From Ginglymostoma cirratum (taxonomy: Eukaryota), in contig JAHRHZ010000144.1 in NCBI GenBank assembly GCA_024137785.1, forward strand, positions 19,216,317 through 19,280,316: a DNA stretch of 64,000 nt, read 5' to 3'. Each line of letters starts with the position of its first letter. The first letter of the stretch is position 1. The position numbers and the translations under genes are program-made. The notes under the pieces were generated by a model. It had not been told where the DNA came from, made no database searches, and saw only the letters and a program-made list of their open reading frames with translations. This document shows positions 63,170-64,000 of the stretch, piece after piece.

Positions 63170-63870
63170 ATTCTACCTGGAGCAGTGTTTCATTCTCTCT
63201 TTAATGAGTTTACCAAAGATCACCACCATTTCTGTGTCAAATGTCTTTGCTTCTTCTAAAGTCACGTTCACCATGTTAGCATTCCTGGTAAATACTGGGA
63301 CAGAGTAATTCAATAGTTCATTGCCCATCTATGTTACCTATGTTGATTTTTCATACCTCTAGAAAACATTTTAATTTATTTTGTTATATCTCTCTTCATA
63401 ATTGTGCAGTTCCCTTTTGCTTTCTCAATATTTAGCTTTTCTTTCACAAGATTTTCATATTTGCTTTTGTCATCTGTTACCTCCATTGTACTTAGAGTAA
63501 GGCTTTTGTTTGATTGCGCCCAGACATCTCATTCATCCCTCCACTGCATTATTTCTTGCTCAGAAAGAAGTTTCTTTTAAACATGGCCAATTACAGATTT
63601 AAAGATTTCCTAATATTTTCTACCTCAGTCTTCTTGCATTCGTAACTCTTCTAAAGACTATTTTCCCTAATTTGGTCTTTCGGAAAACCACACGTAAGAA
63701 AATTATTTTAAGTCTTATTATGTTACGATGGCCTAGATGGTCCCTAGTGCCTACTTCTCCTTGTTTTGGTGCATTTACCATTACTCAAACCAGTACAAAA
63801 TTTCTCATTTGGCTCCTCAAATCCACAGCAGAAAGGAACCTTGTACAAGCAATAGAATTGCACTTCATTT
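63170..63870 (-). mobile_element. Very decayed CR1 fragment (EN-RT linker)
   Basis: Pyrimidine-rich strand resembling 15290-15860 of the minus-strand CR1; weak. Confidence 0.45.
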
Positions 63871-64000
63871 CCCATTGCCCCAAATGTACAAGACGGAGAT
63901 TTTTTGGCCTTTTACAGTATTTAAAAATTAAAACATTAACAATAGGTTTCCTTCTATTTATATAACTAATAGTAAAACAGATTTTAAAAGAGCAGTCACA

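Noticed and set aside
1363-63965. ORF-track entries as genuine genes
   Set aside because: All are 60-155 aa; the recognisable ones are TE fragments with stops/frameshifts and the rest look like chance ORFs.
1-64000. Prokaryotic features (CRISPR array, operons, defence system)
   Set aside because: No regularly spaced repeat-spacer array or gene-dense organisation; the sequence is vertebrate repeat-rich DNA.

Overview
Eukaryotic, AT-rich, CpG-depleted vertebrate genomic DNA. The repeat content (HE1/V-SINEs, SacSINE1-like DeuSINEs, CR1/HER1 LINEs, Penelope-like elements) points to a cartilaginous fish; a carpet shark is my guess. No intact protein-coding gene, rRNA, tRNA gene or CRISPR array can be supported. 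Every recognisable ORF in the track is a decayed retroelement fragment, so the window is intronic or intergenic. It holds about 12 CR1 relics, 10 tRNA-derived SINEs, several Penelope-like relics (RT, GIY-YIG endonuclease, pseudo-LTRs), two RTE-like relics and a Harbinger-type Myb/SANT relic. The most interesting structure is a set of 8 minimal hammerhead-ribozyme motifs in the Penelope pseudo-LTRs, two with an intact catalytic core. They occur in fold-back and ~286-nt tandem arrangements. Also noted: a stand-alone nested hairpin at 52.9 kb, two unclassified repeat families, and several unverified short exon/microexon candidates. Family assignments come from motif recognition by eye, not database searches, and element boundaries are approximate.
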